A DNA stretch of 64,000 nucleotides, taken from Azolla caroliniana (lineage: Eukaryota > Plantae > Polypodiophyta). The stretch lies in assembly GCA_043228905.1 (NCBI GenBank), contig JBHGNT010000002.1, positions 25,482,001 to 25,546,000 on the forward strand, read 5' to 3'. The notes under the pieces are model-generated. The model saw nothing but the letters and a program-made list of their open reading frames with translations. It was not told the origin of the DNA and ran no database searches. Positions 22,803-35,533 of this stretch are shown one piece after another. The position numbers and the translations under genes were made by a program. How positions within the stretch are numbered: the stretch's first letter is position 1; each line of letters opens with the position of its first letter.

Positions 22803-25527
22803 TCACACTGATGTCCGAATCTCAACCGAATCATAATGCCCAAATCCATGATATAAGATCCGAATAGGATTGTCACTTCCATACTCAGAACCATAATCAG
22901 CTATTGAGATGAGTCCCTTGGAGGTTTGATCAAAGAAGAGCACGGTTATTGGCATCCTAACACAGTAAAGACCCCTTTTAGATCAATTGGCAAAGAGAAA
23001 TTGCATTGATATATATCGAGCATGCAAATTATTCATGTATAAAAAGAAACAGTATTTTTCCATTTTTTTTTTTGTATGATTTTTCACTACGTCCCAAACA
23101 TGGTTTCGAGAATATAAATCCTGAATGAATACTATATGCTAAGATATACTTACTTCAGTACATGTGATGCCATTAAGAGCTCAGGTTCTCCACCCCATAC
23201 ATAGGGCTCCCGCATCCTTCTAATGTAGGCATCGAAATCATCTTCGATAAACCTACGAAGGAAAGTTTAAAATACATCAGCATCAATCGTTTATTTTTAC
23301 TTTCAAATGTTTAGTTAAAACACAACGGCTCATTCAAGAAAAATGAAAGGAAAGTCTTTAATCCTTACCACTCGGACTCGTTACGTCGACTGATGAGTTC
23401 ATCAACCACCTGTGAGTCACCACCATCACCGATGTGAGATATATTTACTTTTGATTATAAAATAGACTAAGACTTCAATCTTAGAAATTAAGCATGAAGA
23501 GATAACTGTATAATAAAATTCAGTAGATAAGAGGCTATTAAACAAGCAAAAGGTCAAGCGGACCAAGAGGGTTTAGACCCTTTGCTCGTAAACCACAAAT
23601 CAACAGTTCTGCTAATATTATGCTCTCAGTTGCAAGAGATTGTAAAAGATCTCCATTAGAAAAATATCTAACAATAAATAACTAAAGACATAAATAAATG
23701 AAACACTACCCAAGTACACCTGCAATATTCCAACATTTACCAGCATAATCCAAAATTACAAGCACACCCCTTCTTCATAGAAATGTTGGCAAAACGAGGG
23801 GTATTCTGGTATTTTTCTGAAAATTGAGGGTATTTGACTATACCTTGAGAACCAAGGGAGGGGTATTCCAGTAAGATCCTCAAAGTTAAAGGTATTTTGG
23901 TTTTTTTCCCCGTAAATAAATGAACTTGCTGAAAACTTTTTTTTTCCCCCCCTGCCAAAATGTTTATAAACCTGTTTGGGGTTGTATTCTGGTGTAATCT
24001 TTGAAAACCAAGTCGAATCATAATCCACAATCACGGTGATTAAAAAACGAAACCAAGCTTTTAGCCCTCGAGAGACGACAAGATTTACAAAGAAAAAGAA
24101 AACTCAAACCTTGGAACGCAAATCATCGGCGAGCTGTTGTTGCATGCTCTTGCTTGGAGCAGGTTCTCCATCTCTCAAACATGCCCCATGTGAAATAGCC
24201 CGGAAAAGACACCTTCCATCACTAGGAATACCTGATTTAGTATCAGATTTATAAAATATCAACTAAAATTATGTATAGTGATGGTTCAAAATCCTTACAT
24301 ACATAACCAGTTTTATGGTGTATAAACTTGTTTTCTCATATGTAAAAGAATGTTAAGCTCTAAACAGAAAATTAGTTCCCTGGATACTTACCTATGACCG
24401 TGTAATCAGTATAAACTTGTTTTTTCCCACTTAGCAACTCGAGCCTTTCCCTATTAAAAGAATCCAAGTTGGTTGGCACCAGTGAAGTCATGATTGGGTC
24501 TGAGATTCCTTTCACATTGCCAAGAGCTTGGGGCTGTCCAGAAGCAACCGGGATGCCCATATCTTCAGATGATGATGTCCGGACACCAAAAAGTAACCAC
24601 GCAGAATGTCGCCCATGGAGCCAACGAGCCGGCCTTGCATCCCAAGCAGCATTCCATGATCCATCTAGCAAACTTGCACTGTTTGACAGTCTTCCAAGAC
24701 CTAAAGTTAAGCAAAAGAATATCAGAAGCTAGAACTGGAAGGTCTATTATAATTTTAGATTTAGTTTATTTGGTGAGATTTTTTGTTGTTCCTGGTTTTC
24801 TGATGAGAGTCTGAAAATCGGTAGCCATACGAAAACAAGAAAATGATTGTGAAACATTTCTTCCCTTTTCTTGGCATTCTTTTGGAAGGAAACTTCAGTA
24901 AAATACACAAACACAAAAAATCTCACCTGATGAAACATAGAAAAATTCTCCACTTAAATTTTAACATCTCTAACACATGTTAAATTTTGAAAGGTAAGGT
25001 CTATGACATGCTAAATTTGAAGGTCCATATAAATGCTAAATTTTAAAGTTCTATAGCACATGCTCAAGTTGATGCATACAAATATTAAAGCCGATCAAAC
25101 CTTGTTCCTTGCAAGGGAGGCTTGAATGCTTCCACGGCAGGAAACCCAAATGATGAGCATCAAAGCTCCCCTTCAGAATTGAAAAAGTACTCTGATTGAG
25201 AATTGATGAATGATGAGACGGCAACAGTCCATGCCATATCGTCGCACAAGTCACTTCCGAACCTTCCTCAAAACATAAGCTTGTGTGTGGAAATGATCTC
25301 TTAGCATCGCCAAGCTCTGATAGACTACCACTCTCTCTGGTGCCAATGTCATGTAGAGATGGCCAACTCGAGCTTCGAGGAAGACATGGTGATGCCGCAT
25401 AGGAGCGGGACGTAAATTGTTTCAAATACCCTCGGAAACTAACGTTGTGGTCTTGTGTTAGAATCACTTTTGTTGGATGATGAGTGCCATTGCGAGAAAA
25501 TAGCCGAAAGCACACAGATCCAAGCAT
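22803..25527 (-). CDS. OTU4: OTU-domain deubiquitinase (OTU4-like) with N-terminal transit-peptide-like region
   Basis: In-frame GT-AG exons 25101-25527, 24392-24700 (GSWNAAWDARPARWLH..SAWLLFGV), 24110-24231 (GIPSDGRCLFRAISHG, catalytic Asp/Cys), 23369-23409, 23154-23252 (YVWGGEPELLMASHVL), 22803-22956 (ILYHGFGHYDS, catalytic His; TGA). Probable 5'-UTR intron ~25622-26484. Confidence 0.92.
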
Positions 25528-25985
25528 TGGCCTCCACTTTCAAAGAAATTCACCTCTTATAGTAGCTTCCTTTGAGATGGGATCAAAAGCTTTCATTCTT
25601 TAGATGAATCCAATCTACACCCTAAAAAGAACAATAGAATAAAAAAACTGTGGGGTTTTGTGTTAATTCTTCTCTTTCTGATAACGTTTTTAGATGCCAT
25701 ATACAGCTACAGCATTACTATTGGAATGATTATTGAACGACTCTTTACATGATTATTATTGCTAACGAAAACAACCCAATATGATTATATGACTGTAAAT
25801 AATTTTGAACTTAAAAGGAATATAAAAATCAAACACATACTGAAAAAGCAGTGGAAAAGATGACAGCATGCCCATATAGTGCCCACAACACATAGTGATG
25901 AATGAATAAATCAATGAAATCACGAACCTCCTATATTGCATGCAGTGTGCACATATAAGCACAGAGCAAGTTAATGGATACATTC

Positions 25986-26240
25986 ATAAGAACAAAGGAT
26001 GTTAAAGCATATACATACATACATACATACATAAACACACGCACGCATACACTCATACAAAATATACATATGCATACACAAACAAACATATAAATACATA
26101 AGAACAAAGGATGTTAAAGCATATACATACACATACTCATCTAAATATACATATATGCAAACACATACAAACATATAAATACATAAGAACAAAAGATGTT
26201 AAAGCATATACATACATACACTCATCGAAATATACATATG
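25986..26240. repeat. Three copies of CATAAGAACAAAGGATGTTAAAGCATATACATAC embedded in CATA/CA low-complexity DNA
   Basis: Motif at ~25986, ~26097 and ~26182, in the probable OTU 5'-UTR intron. Confidence 0.8.
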
Positions 26241-26885
26241 CATACACCTACAAACATACACATACACATACACATACATACACATAGATTCACACATGTA
26301 AATATATGTACATAAACATAGACAGGCACGCACATACTCCATAGCTCTTCAGACATGAAACAAGAACGGGAAAAGGATCAGAGGTTCATTCTCAACCACT
26401 TGTCTCTTGACATAAATTAAGTATGCGCATTTGTGTTTTCTCATCAACATATGTACAGTTAAAGAATTGGGCAATGAGTTGAACCTGAGAGCTACTTCAT
26501 CATCAGCGAGACCGAGAGATGATGAGGATTCTTCGGGCCGTCGTTGCAAAACAGACAAAGTAGAGACTAGAGAGAGAGAGAGAGAAACTTTACTACTCCA
26601 AGAGCATAGCAATAATTAAGACTCTCTTCCTCTATTTCTGTTTCTGTTTCTCTCTGTCTTTCTTCTTTCATTGCTGGCCTCACACGTGTCACTCTCCCGG
26701 TCTCTGTTCTCTCTCTCTCTCTCTCTCTCTCTCTCGGCCTCTTGCTGGGGCAACAAATCAATTTGCTGCCTTCTGGGCATGGCCGGTCCGGTCGGCTTTC
26801 GGAAAGGATTCGCCGGAAAATGCTTCACAATAACACACAGTACACAAAATATGTACAGGCGCATACACATATGTATACTCATAAG

Positions 26886-26970
26886 GATACTGATACGGAT
26901 ACATATACAGATACAGATATTGAATATGATAGTGATATTGATATTGATACGGATACGGATACAGATACAC
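26886..26970. repeat. Degenerate (GATACN/GATATT)n hexamer repeat upstream of the OTU gene
   Basis: gatact gatacg gataca tataca gataca gatatt.. period-6 array; explains the spurious DT/IR ORFs. Confidence 0.8.
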
Positions 26971-29189
26971 ATGAACTGATAGATACACGATATGCGAGTC
27001 ACATATATATGTATATATCATCTATTTGTAGATCGCACGTCGGCTTCGATCATAACGCATTTGCGCATGCCTACAATCTATTCCTTGTGTTGGATGGATA
27101 GGAAACAAAAACCCAATCGCACTACAACACTCTGAAGGAAGGGATACAAGACATTGCCCAACAAGTGAGAATAGAACCCGATGCGGGCAAATTTTAAGCT
27201 ATCGGTGAATGCTGGACATGAAAAGAGGCGGCCCTTGGATGATCCTTGTATGTACGAGAATGACTTCCCACAAGTTGCCCCGAAAGCAATGAAGATTACT
27301 AGTAAATCAATGCATAGAAGGGGACAACGACCACTTGAGGATCTTGACTAAAGGCAACCATGTACATATTGTGTTGGTGAATCCAACAGAGCCTACCAAA
27401 CACTTGGCTATGTTAACTAAAGTGCAAACTTATAAAACTCTAAAGCATGGAGTTTATTTATTAGGTGGACGCCCAACTAAATTCAAAACCTCCTCATGTT
27501 TACCTTTACCAATGTTATTGCCACACTAAAAGTAGGTGATCGATTGTTTCAGTCATGGCCCCCCATGGCATAGCTCGAATTCAATTAATAAAAAGAAATG
27601 CATGAAAGCAATTTTCCTTACATGAAATTAGAACTTTAATTTTACGAAAATCATCCATGCATTCGTAGACATTGGTGAGATTTATTTGAAATTGGGCGTT
27701 TTTTAAGTCCGTGATTTAAAGGCTTGCATTTGACAATTCTTACAACAAACTCTTAAGAATGGAGATTTGCTAGTCTTAGATGTGACAATTTGTGTCTTAT
27801 GGCTTTAGTTGGAGTCGGAATATTTCATATTCCAAACGTTCACGTATCTTTATATGTTTATAGCTTATAACACAGTATTGATTGTTTGATTGAAAAACAT
27901 ATTGTTTTTTGACACTATTTAGGTTTAGACAAATACACCTCAATCAATAAAATGTGTCACAATGGTTTACATAAGAACTAATAAAACAACACCTACATAT
28001 AACAATACATCAATGACATATAGGTTAACATGTAAGCTAAGAAATGGACGAAAAAAGATGTAATAGTAAACAAATTAAATAATAATTTCGTTGTGGTCAT
28101 CACGATTATGATTTTCTTTTTATTTCGTTAAAAAACAATAGAGTTTTGCCTAGTTTGAGACACGGAAGTGAATATTGCATTAAAGTTCCAAGTGTTCCAA
28201 TGTATAAGCACGTATTTTGCATGTTGTAATGCATGAATGAGGGCAAGAAATACACTATATTGTAGCAAAAGGGGTGGGTGCAAATAAAGAGACAACGATA
28301 TGCACGTGACAAGAGAAATATGCATTACATGATTTCGCTTAGGTTAGAAAGTTCATTACACAACTATTAGTAGTTGTGTACAAGACAAGCTTATTCCAAA
28401 GTCAATAATGGCGACACATTCATAATAATCATGTGAATTATGGGCATTTAAAGAGGAGAAATTGTAATAATATATTTGCAAACATGGATACACTCTCTGA
28501 ACAACATATATTGATGACGTGTTATTATGTGTGACTTTTAATAACAATGCAAATTTTTTATAGTGCATCTCCTCCACATTAGGTGCGGATTTTATAAATT
28601 GATAACCTTGACTTTCTAGTTTTAGCACACTTTTCTTCATCAAAACATAACATTCAAAGTCTTTTGTCAAAAGCTTTCGCTTGACAACAACAATATATTG
28701 TTTGTTGAGAGATAAAGGGGAAAATCATAAATAACCTTAATTGTGAAAGAACCATCTACAACATATATACAAATAAGAGACTAAACAATCAATGGATGAA
28801 GCAATGTGTCCAAAAGTATTTTGCTTTCCAAAAACTACAAACGCTAATCACGCATTTGTATTTCCCTTAGCATACAAGGATACAAGCTTTGAATTCATTA
28901 ATGTCTTCTAAATTAGGTGTACTTGAGGAAAGGCTTGAACTCACACACTTCAACGTGGGATTAGGAGCTACTTCACACATTCAATATATCCACCATGAAC
29001 AAAATATATTTCGAGGAAGATTACATGTAAATGCACTAATCTTATTAGAAATATGGAGGACACACAATATTACTTCAATCTTCCATTATTTCCTTGCTAA
29101 TGTTTACCTACATCAACTCCTAGATCAATTTATCTATTTATGGCAATTGTCACATGTCAATATGTATAATTTCCACATGTTAACTTTTT

Positions 29190-31366
29190 GTTTTTTTAAC
29201 CCATGTATTAGGGATGAATCTAATCAACTAATTGGATCAAGTAAGGGGATGTCATAGGGATACATGTTGGAAGGTCCAGGAAAAAGTATAGAATGTTGGA
29301 GACGGTTTATGTTATTGCCAATACGAGACCAAGCCAACATCCTCCATGGAATCAGGGGCGGATTGGCTATGAGAGCTGAAATCATTAACGCTGTCGTGAA
29401 GAATTTCGGCCAGAGGCGGAAACCGGGAAACATTAGCTACATCGGCGGGGTGCAGCGTGTGTACGCACCCATGTACATTTAGTGTGAATAACGAGGGCGC
29501 CTTTATGGCGCCGAAGAGTAGTCAAGTCGGGACAAACGATCCCATGTAAGTCAGGATTTATCCCACATTGTAACGCATCCCTTTCCTTGTTCTATAAAAG
29601 TAAGGGAACGCCCTTTGTGAAGGGGTTGCCCATTTTGCGTTAGAGGGTTTACCGTTAGTTTAGGGTTAGTTATTATTATTCTTCTTCTTCTTCTTCTACT
29701 TCATGTTCGCTTAGGGTTTGCTTCAGCTCGTCCCCTGCGCAAGACCCCACTCGACGCGACAAGCTGTGAGCTCTCTGACCGACGGCTTGGCAGCCGACGA
29801 CTGCTGTAACATACATTGGTCCGGCTCGACGCCGGGAATGTATTCTTCCCTTTATATATATATATACGTTTGCGTCTGTCTGTGTATATTTGCGTCGTTG
29901 TTGGTGTCGGGTGCTTCCCCTTTCCTGCATTTCCTGTACATAAGGGCGTGAGTTGGGTTGGCCTGTGTGTGCATGTGTGTGCGTGTGTGTGCGTGAGTCG
30001 GTGTTAAGCGCGCGCTCCCTCCCTCTCTCTCTCCCTTCGGTTGCTTCCGGTGTGCTTCTGGGATGCCCTGGAAACAGTGAAGCACGACTTCCTACGCTCC
30101 ATCACTCCCTAGTCCAAGACCCCCGAGGTCCCGCCTTTCTCCACGCACGTGCGTAACAACGCGACAACGCTCTACTTATTAGGGAAGCTGCTCATCAAAG
30201 GACGACAACAGAGAAATGAACACGCTACAAGGAGGAGGGCTCTTTGATCCCAAGAGGTAGGGACACACCGGACAGGATCGAAGGCTCTAAATTGTAGGAC
30301 AACGAGTCATCAACACAACATAAGGCAATTCGAATACTAGCAAATACTGGGCAAAAATGGATTGTAGATCCTGATCCAATCAAAGTACAACCAGATTGGC
30401 ACATATGTACTCATGAAAACACATGGCTACGTAAGGTCAGTTGGAATTCTTTGCAATGGACATGGTGTGATCCTTACGCGGGGCAAGGAAGCAAACCTAT
30501 CCCTTTCTTTCAATTCACAACTAGATTGGGTCGCCAGATTATAGTTGCTCAATCCGCCCGAGAGCCGGCTGTTGCAAAGGTCTGGCACACATATCATGTT
30601 CCTTACACAATTATCACCAAGTTTTGGCAAAAACTCTGGAAACAACAACCCGCGGGGCGAATCACCAATTTCCAATGGCTATTAATACATAAGTCACTAC
30701 CGGTTGGTGCATGGTAGCGTGGGAACCTCAACTCTCCTAATTGTGTAGCGTGTCCAATTGTATTAGAATCCATACGACACGCTCTATGGGATTGCCCAAA
30801 GTCCCATCGAATATGGCGGGGGGTTGGCCGCTTATTGCAATTATGCCAGGTGCAAGGCTCAATCATGTGGGGGAATGTATGTTGGCTATCATGGGCAGGC
30901 CCCAATTGACAACTATGAGCATCAAGAAGAGGGGATGACTTTGGTTATAAAAGCACAAGAGATTTTTTTCTCCACCATTGCCAATATCCACTCAACTCCT
31001 ATTAGTGCTAAATCTCAAGTTGTGTTGGACTTGGTCAGCCCAATAACTCTTTGGATTCTATGGAAACAATGGTGTAGACGGGTCTTTTCCAACCAAAGCG
31101 CGCAACCAATAATGTTAATGCAAGAGATATGGAGTGAAGTTGTAGCCACTCTAAAGAGCCAATATGATGGCCTCAAGGGCGACTCCGATAGAGTTGAATG
31201 ACAATGACTAGCCTTTATCCAACAATGGTTGTCCTCTCCTTTTCTTGAGGTAGTGGGCATCCGCATAAGATGGACCTATCGTGTCCCTATAGGAATGTGT
31301 ATATAATAATCTCATCAGTAAAATCTTTATAACTAATGGAAGGAGTTTTTGTTTGGAAAAAAAAAG
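29190..31366 (+). mobile_element. Degenerate LINE 3' part, interrupted by the putative LTR
   Basis: FNPCIRDESNQLIG before the insert; after it PFFQFTTRLGR, WLLIHKSLPVGAW, zf-RVT-like CSVSNC..ESIRHALWDC, TLKSQYD, 3' motif ACTAATGGAAG..TTTGG(A)n. Confidence 0.8.
29250..30166 (+). mobile_element. Probable solo LTR inserted into a LINE fragment
   Basis: GC-rich non-coding block with TGTC..GACA ends, internal TATAAAAG, TAGGGTT boxes and CT/GT tracts; LINE-like coding sequence on both sides; no matching TSD found. Confidence 0.5.
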
Positions 31367-31529
31367 GATACACCTTAGTATATTACTTGAGAAATGTACA
31401 TAGAGAAAATAGAAGGAGACATTTCATCTCACTTCTATTGTGATACAAAAGCTAGTACCAACATCTAACCAAACATCTCAGATATCACATCGCCTTCTCC
31501 ATCCATTTTCCTCCTTTGAAATATTGCAG

Positions 31530-32510
31530 GCTATCAAAGGTGTTGGGCCAGATGTTTGCTCGGGAGTAGATGGATGGGGAGACATTTTTTCATTACATAT
31601 TGGGATTTGATTGTTGATGATTTACTTGCAGCATTTCAATAAATGTTCAATACATGTATTATGCCACAAATATGGAAAGAGGGATTGATATGCCTCATTC
31701 CGAAAGGTGATGTAATAACGGATGAGGTTAAGGTTGGCGCTCCATTACTCTATTAAATACAATTTACAAAATTTATGCTAAGTTATTGGCTTTGCAATTA
31801 CAGCCATTTTTTCCGGATATTGTGCATGAATCTCAGACAGGATTTATGCAAGAACATAGTATTTTTTATAATGTTTTTTTGTTCTGGGAATTAACAAGGA
31901 TTGCAATGAAGAATAAAGAAGATATTGTGGTCCTTTTGTTAGATTTTGAAAAGGCATATGATAAAGTTGATTGGGACTTCATGGAAGGTTCGTTTTTTAG
32001 ATTAGGTTTTCTTGTCCAATGGATTAGGGTTGTAGCTTCGTTGTATCATGATGCCTTTAGTTCTGTCTTGGTAACCGGTGGGCAAACTAGAAAATTCTCT
32101 ATTTCGTGTTCTGTACGTCAAGGCTGTCCATTGACCCCATTCTCGTTTTTGCTAGTAATGGAAACATTTTCAATGTATTTAAATTCTTCTCAAGTTTCTC
32201 TTAAGGGTTTGCCTTTGCTTGCAATGCAACAACAATTGTTGGATTCAGAATTCACAGATGATATTGCAATTTATGTGCCAGGTAATGATGATAGTTTAAG
32301 GAAATTGCTAGTAGTGGAAGAATTTTGTTTGCCCTCTAGAGCAAAGATAAATTGGCATAAAGCTCTTGGTTTTTAGATATCACAAAATTTGTTGCCTACT
32401 TGGATGCCTTCGCAGGAATTCAAGTGGGTTCCTAATGGAACCACTACTCGTTACTTAGGTTGCCAAGTGGGACTTCGTGTTAATGCAAATATGTTAGGTA
32501 CCACATGTTA
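31530..32510 (+). mobile_element. LINE reverse transcriptase fragment
   Basis: [41 protein letters not shown] motifs. Confidence 0.88.
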
Positions 32511-34149
32511 ACTTAACATGTGTATATATGAATAAGAAACATTGTGTGTCAAGAACCATAAGTCTAGTGAGAACTTTGTTATATTTTTGTGTAAAGTCAA
32601 CACCATTCAAATGTTTTGTAAATCCATGAACCTTGTAAATCAATTGTGTTTTCTAGAACTAGATATCTTGTAAATGTTTGGGCACAAAAGATCCTAGATA
32701 GCATTTGGGTTGTTAAGATAAACACCTCTTTGAATGCTAGCATAACATGTCATATACTCATGCAAGAATGAATGACAAAACTACCTTTAGCCCTTATTTG
32801 TAAGAGTTGCTGGCATAATGCAAGAATAAATACCCCACACGTTCCCTATATCATTTTTCATTTGATCACTAACTTTGACTAATTACACGAAATTAACAAA
32901 GAAAGTATATCAACAAAAAGAGAGATGATTATGCAATGGAAAGCATAGAAATCTACTATGTACGAGATTCAACAAATCTAATATGAACTGGTTACATGTA
33001 ATGCTTGTGCCGAAATATGAATAATAGTATGAGCCAATTCATGATAATGGAGAAGGGTACCATAAAGTATCCACTTATTATCCCCCAAACATTTAATTCC
33101 AAGCCATATTTGGCACCTTGTTTGTCATTATGTAGATCATTGTCTAAGCATAGTAATCATTTACAATCCTACCAAATAGTTACTAATCCCTTGAGTAATC
33201 ACTCAAAAGTTTCTAAGTGAGGACAATTATCGGGAATTTCGTCTAACAAGCAAGTTTTTCACAGATGTGTCATTCATGGGCTGCAAATGGGCAACAGAAA
33301 AGTGTACAAAAGTTTGTCATCACTGAAAAAAGTTCCACCTCGACAATTAAGAACCCCAATTCTTACCAAATTAATAGCAATGACAACAATCCACAAAAGT
33401 TTTTTAAAAAAGTTCACAACTAACTCACAAATAGGTATGCATGTTTCAAAATAAGGTTAAAATCTTCCTCGAATCAATCCACCTCATGCAGAAATTTGTA
33501 GAACATCCCACATTCTAATCCACTTGTTTTCATGTTTGTTGGAAAAACTTGAAATAAGATATTGATTCTTGGCAACCAAAACAATTCTGATTTTACCATT
33601 TGAGTTGTTCTATGAAGTGTGTCCCTTTCTAGAAAACAAGTAATAAATGGTTTCAAATAATCCACTTGGTCCATTGCAATTGTAATGTATCTTACCAATC
33701 TTGAACAAACAATAGTAGAACCTTGAATCAAATAGAGGAAAACAATCAACAGTCTATTATTTCAAAAGTAGTAAAAAAAAACCTTCCCAAATCTCTAAAT
33801 TCATCTTCACCAAGATAATCTATTTTTGGCATAATGTGGAAATGGTCGACCTTCTGTCCAAAGAGAATCGTTATTTGTCTAGTTCATTAGAAAAACTATA
33901 TAAAAGTTGCCATTGAGATATGTTGGCACTCTTTTTATTACTTATCTCATTGACTAAGTAGAAACCCAAAACTCAATACAAAAGTGGATTTGATGTTCAA
34001 AGGTTTATTGACTAGTATCCTTACGAGCATAGTATGAACCATATGTACCATACGTGCATTCGCATTCGAGAATGTTTTCAATCATTCGTGCAAGAAAAAC
34101 ACCCTCAAAGAATAATAAATACCATACTTTTAGATTAACTATTTATTAT

Positions 34150-34508
34150 GAGTTAAATAAGCCTCCTATGCTTAAAGCCATTGATGGGAGGTATGTTTTT
34201 AACAAAGGGAAGATCCACAAGGTTCCTGCTACAGATGTAGTAGCATTGAAGTCTCCCCTCATGGGTCTATTTGAGTTTGACTTGGGAGATGCAAGTTATT
34301 TAAGATATATGGAACTGCAAGTAGCTTGGAATGTGTCTACAGAATAACTTTCAGATTAGTTGACTAGTTTTCTCTACTTTGGAGTACATAGATTGCTTTC
34401 CTCAAACCATCATCTTATCAAGATGAGTTGGGAAAAATATTTTGTATGTTGTTGTTATGACTTTTCTAAAAACTAATGGAAGGATATGTTCTTTTGAAAA
34501 AAAAAAAA
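34150..34508 (+). mobile_element. Short LINE-type 3' end fragment
   Basis: Ends in the same ACTAATGGAAG..TTTTG(A)n terminus as other LINEs in the window; 5' boundary uncertain. Confidence 0.45.
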
Positions 34509-35533
34509 CCCTAAACATGGAAAAAAACAAAAAAAAAACATTAAAAAAAAGGGGAAAGAACCAAAATAAAAAACACAAGAATGTTTGAATAACATTCTCA
34601 TTCGTTTTCCAACGTAGGAAAACGAATGTTATGCTAGACGAACACGAATATTACGTACTATTACGAGTGTAAGAATCCTAGTCAAATCTCACAAGTACTT
34701 TGGACAAAACTATCCTTCGCTAGGTTTATCAATACATGACAAACTCTTGAGTGTCACCATGAAGCTCAATTTTTCCCTCTTGCTTAAAACAATATGCTCT
34801 CAAATCACTTTGAAATTTGTTGTCTTCCTTCTTGGAAAAAGTTATCGAAACATATCCAAAAAAATCCTTTACAAATATGACCCTAACCCATTGTCTTACA
34901 ACTTCAACATGGAGAAAAAGACAAACTAGAATCAATTATTTTCCCAAAAATGCATGTCATGAATGTTTTGACTGAAAAAGCAAACCAAAATCAATTATTT
35001 TCCCAAAAAGCAAGCCATGAATGTTTTGTTTGAAACAAATGCTATTACGTATTTTTAATAGAACCTTGTTGGTGATTCATATTTCGACGATAGTTGTATG
35101 AAAATAACGGGAGATCAAAATCTACAACTTTTTACCTCATCTCTGGTTCCAATACGAGATCCAAATATTGTGTAAATTTGTTTCTTGATTAACTACGAAA
35201 TGATTGTATTGCCAAGAAAGAAACAAAAGCATGATCGTGACCTTTGATCGTTCTTACAACATTCCCAATTAGAATTAGCGGAGGCACATAACTCAATAGA
35301 AAGTTCTTCCATAAATGGTGACAATAACCTTAAATAGATGTTCCTTTCAAATATTCAAATCTTGTTTGATTACATATCACCGACATGCTTTTGGGTGTCA
35401 TAATACAACTCAATATGAAACTTCAAAAATATGTATGGTCTTGTAAAATGTATGTCAAAAGTAAAGCAAAACATAAATATAATAGTATTGGTATTTACTT
35501 TAGTTGTGTTCAACATTAATTGGAGTTCATGTT

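Noticed and set aside
26349-27101. Cluster of overlapping ORFs (RE, SL, DT, IR repeats)
   Set aside because: Produced by GA/CT and GATACN microsatellites in the OTU promoter and 5' UTR
28356-28670. 104-aa minus-strand ORF
   Set aside because: Non-ATG start, AT-rich, no motif or splice support; possibly decayed TE
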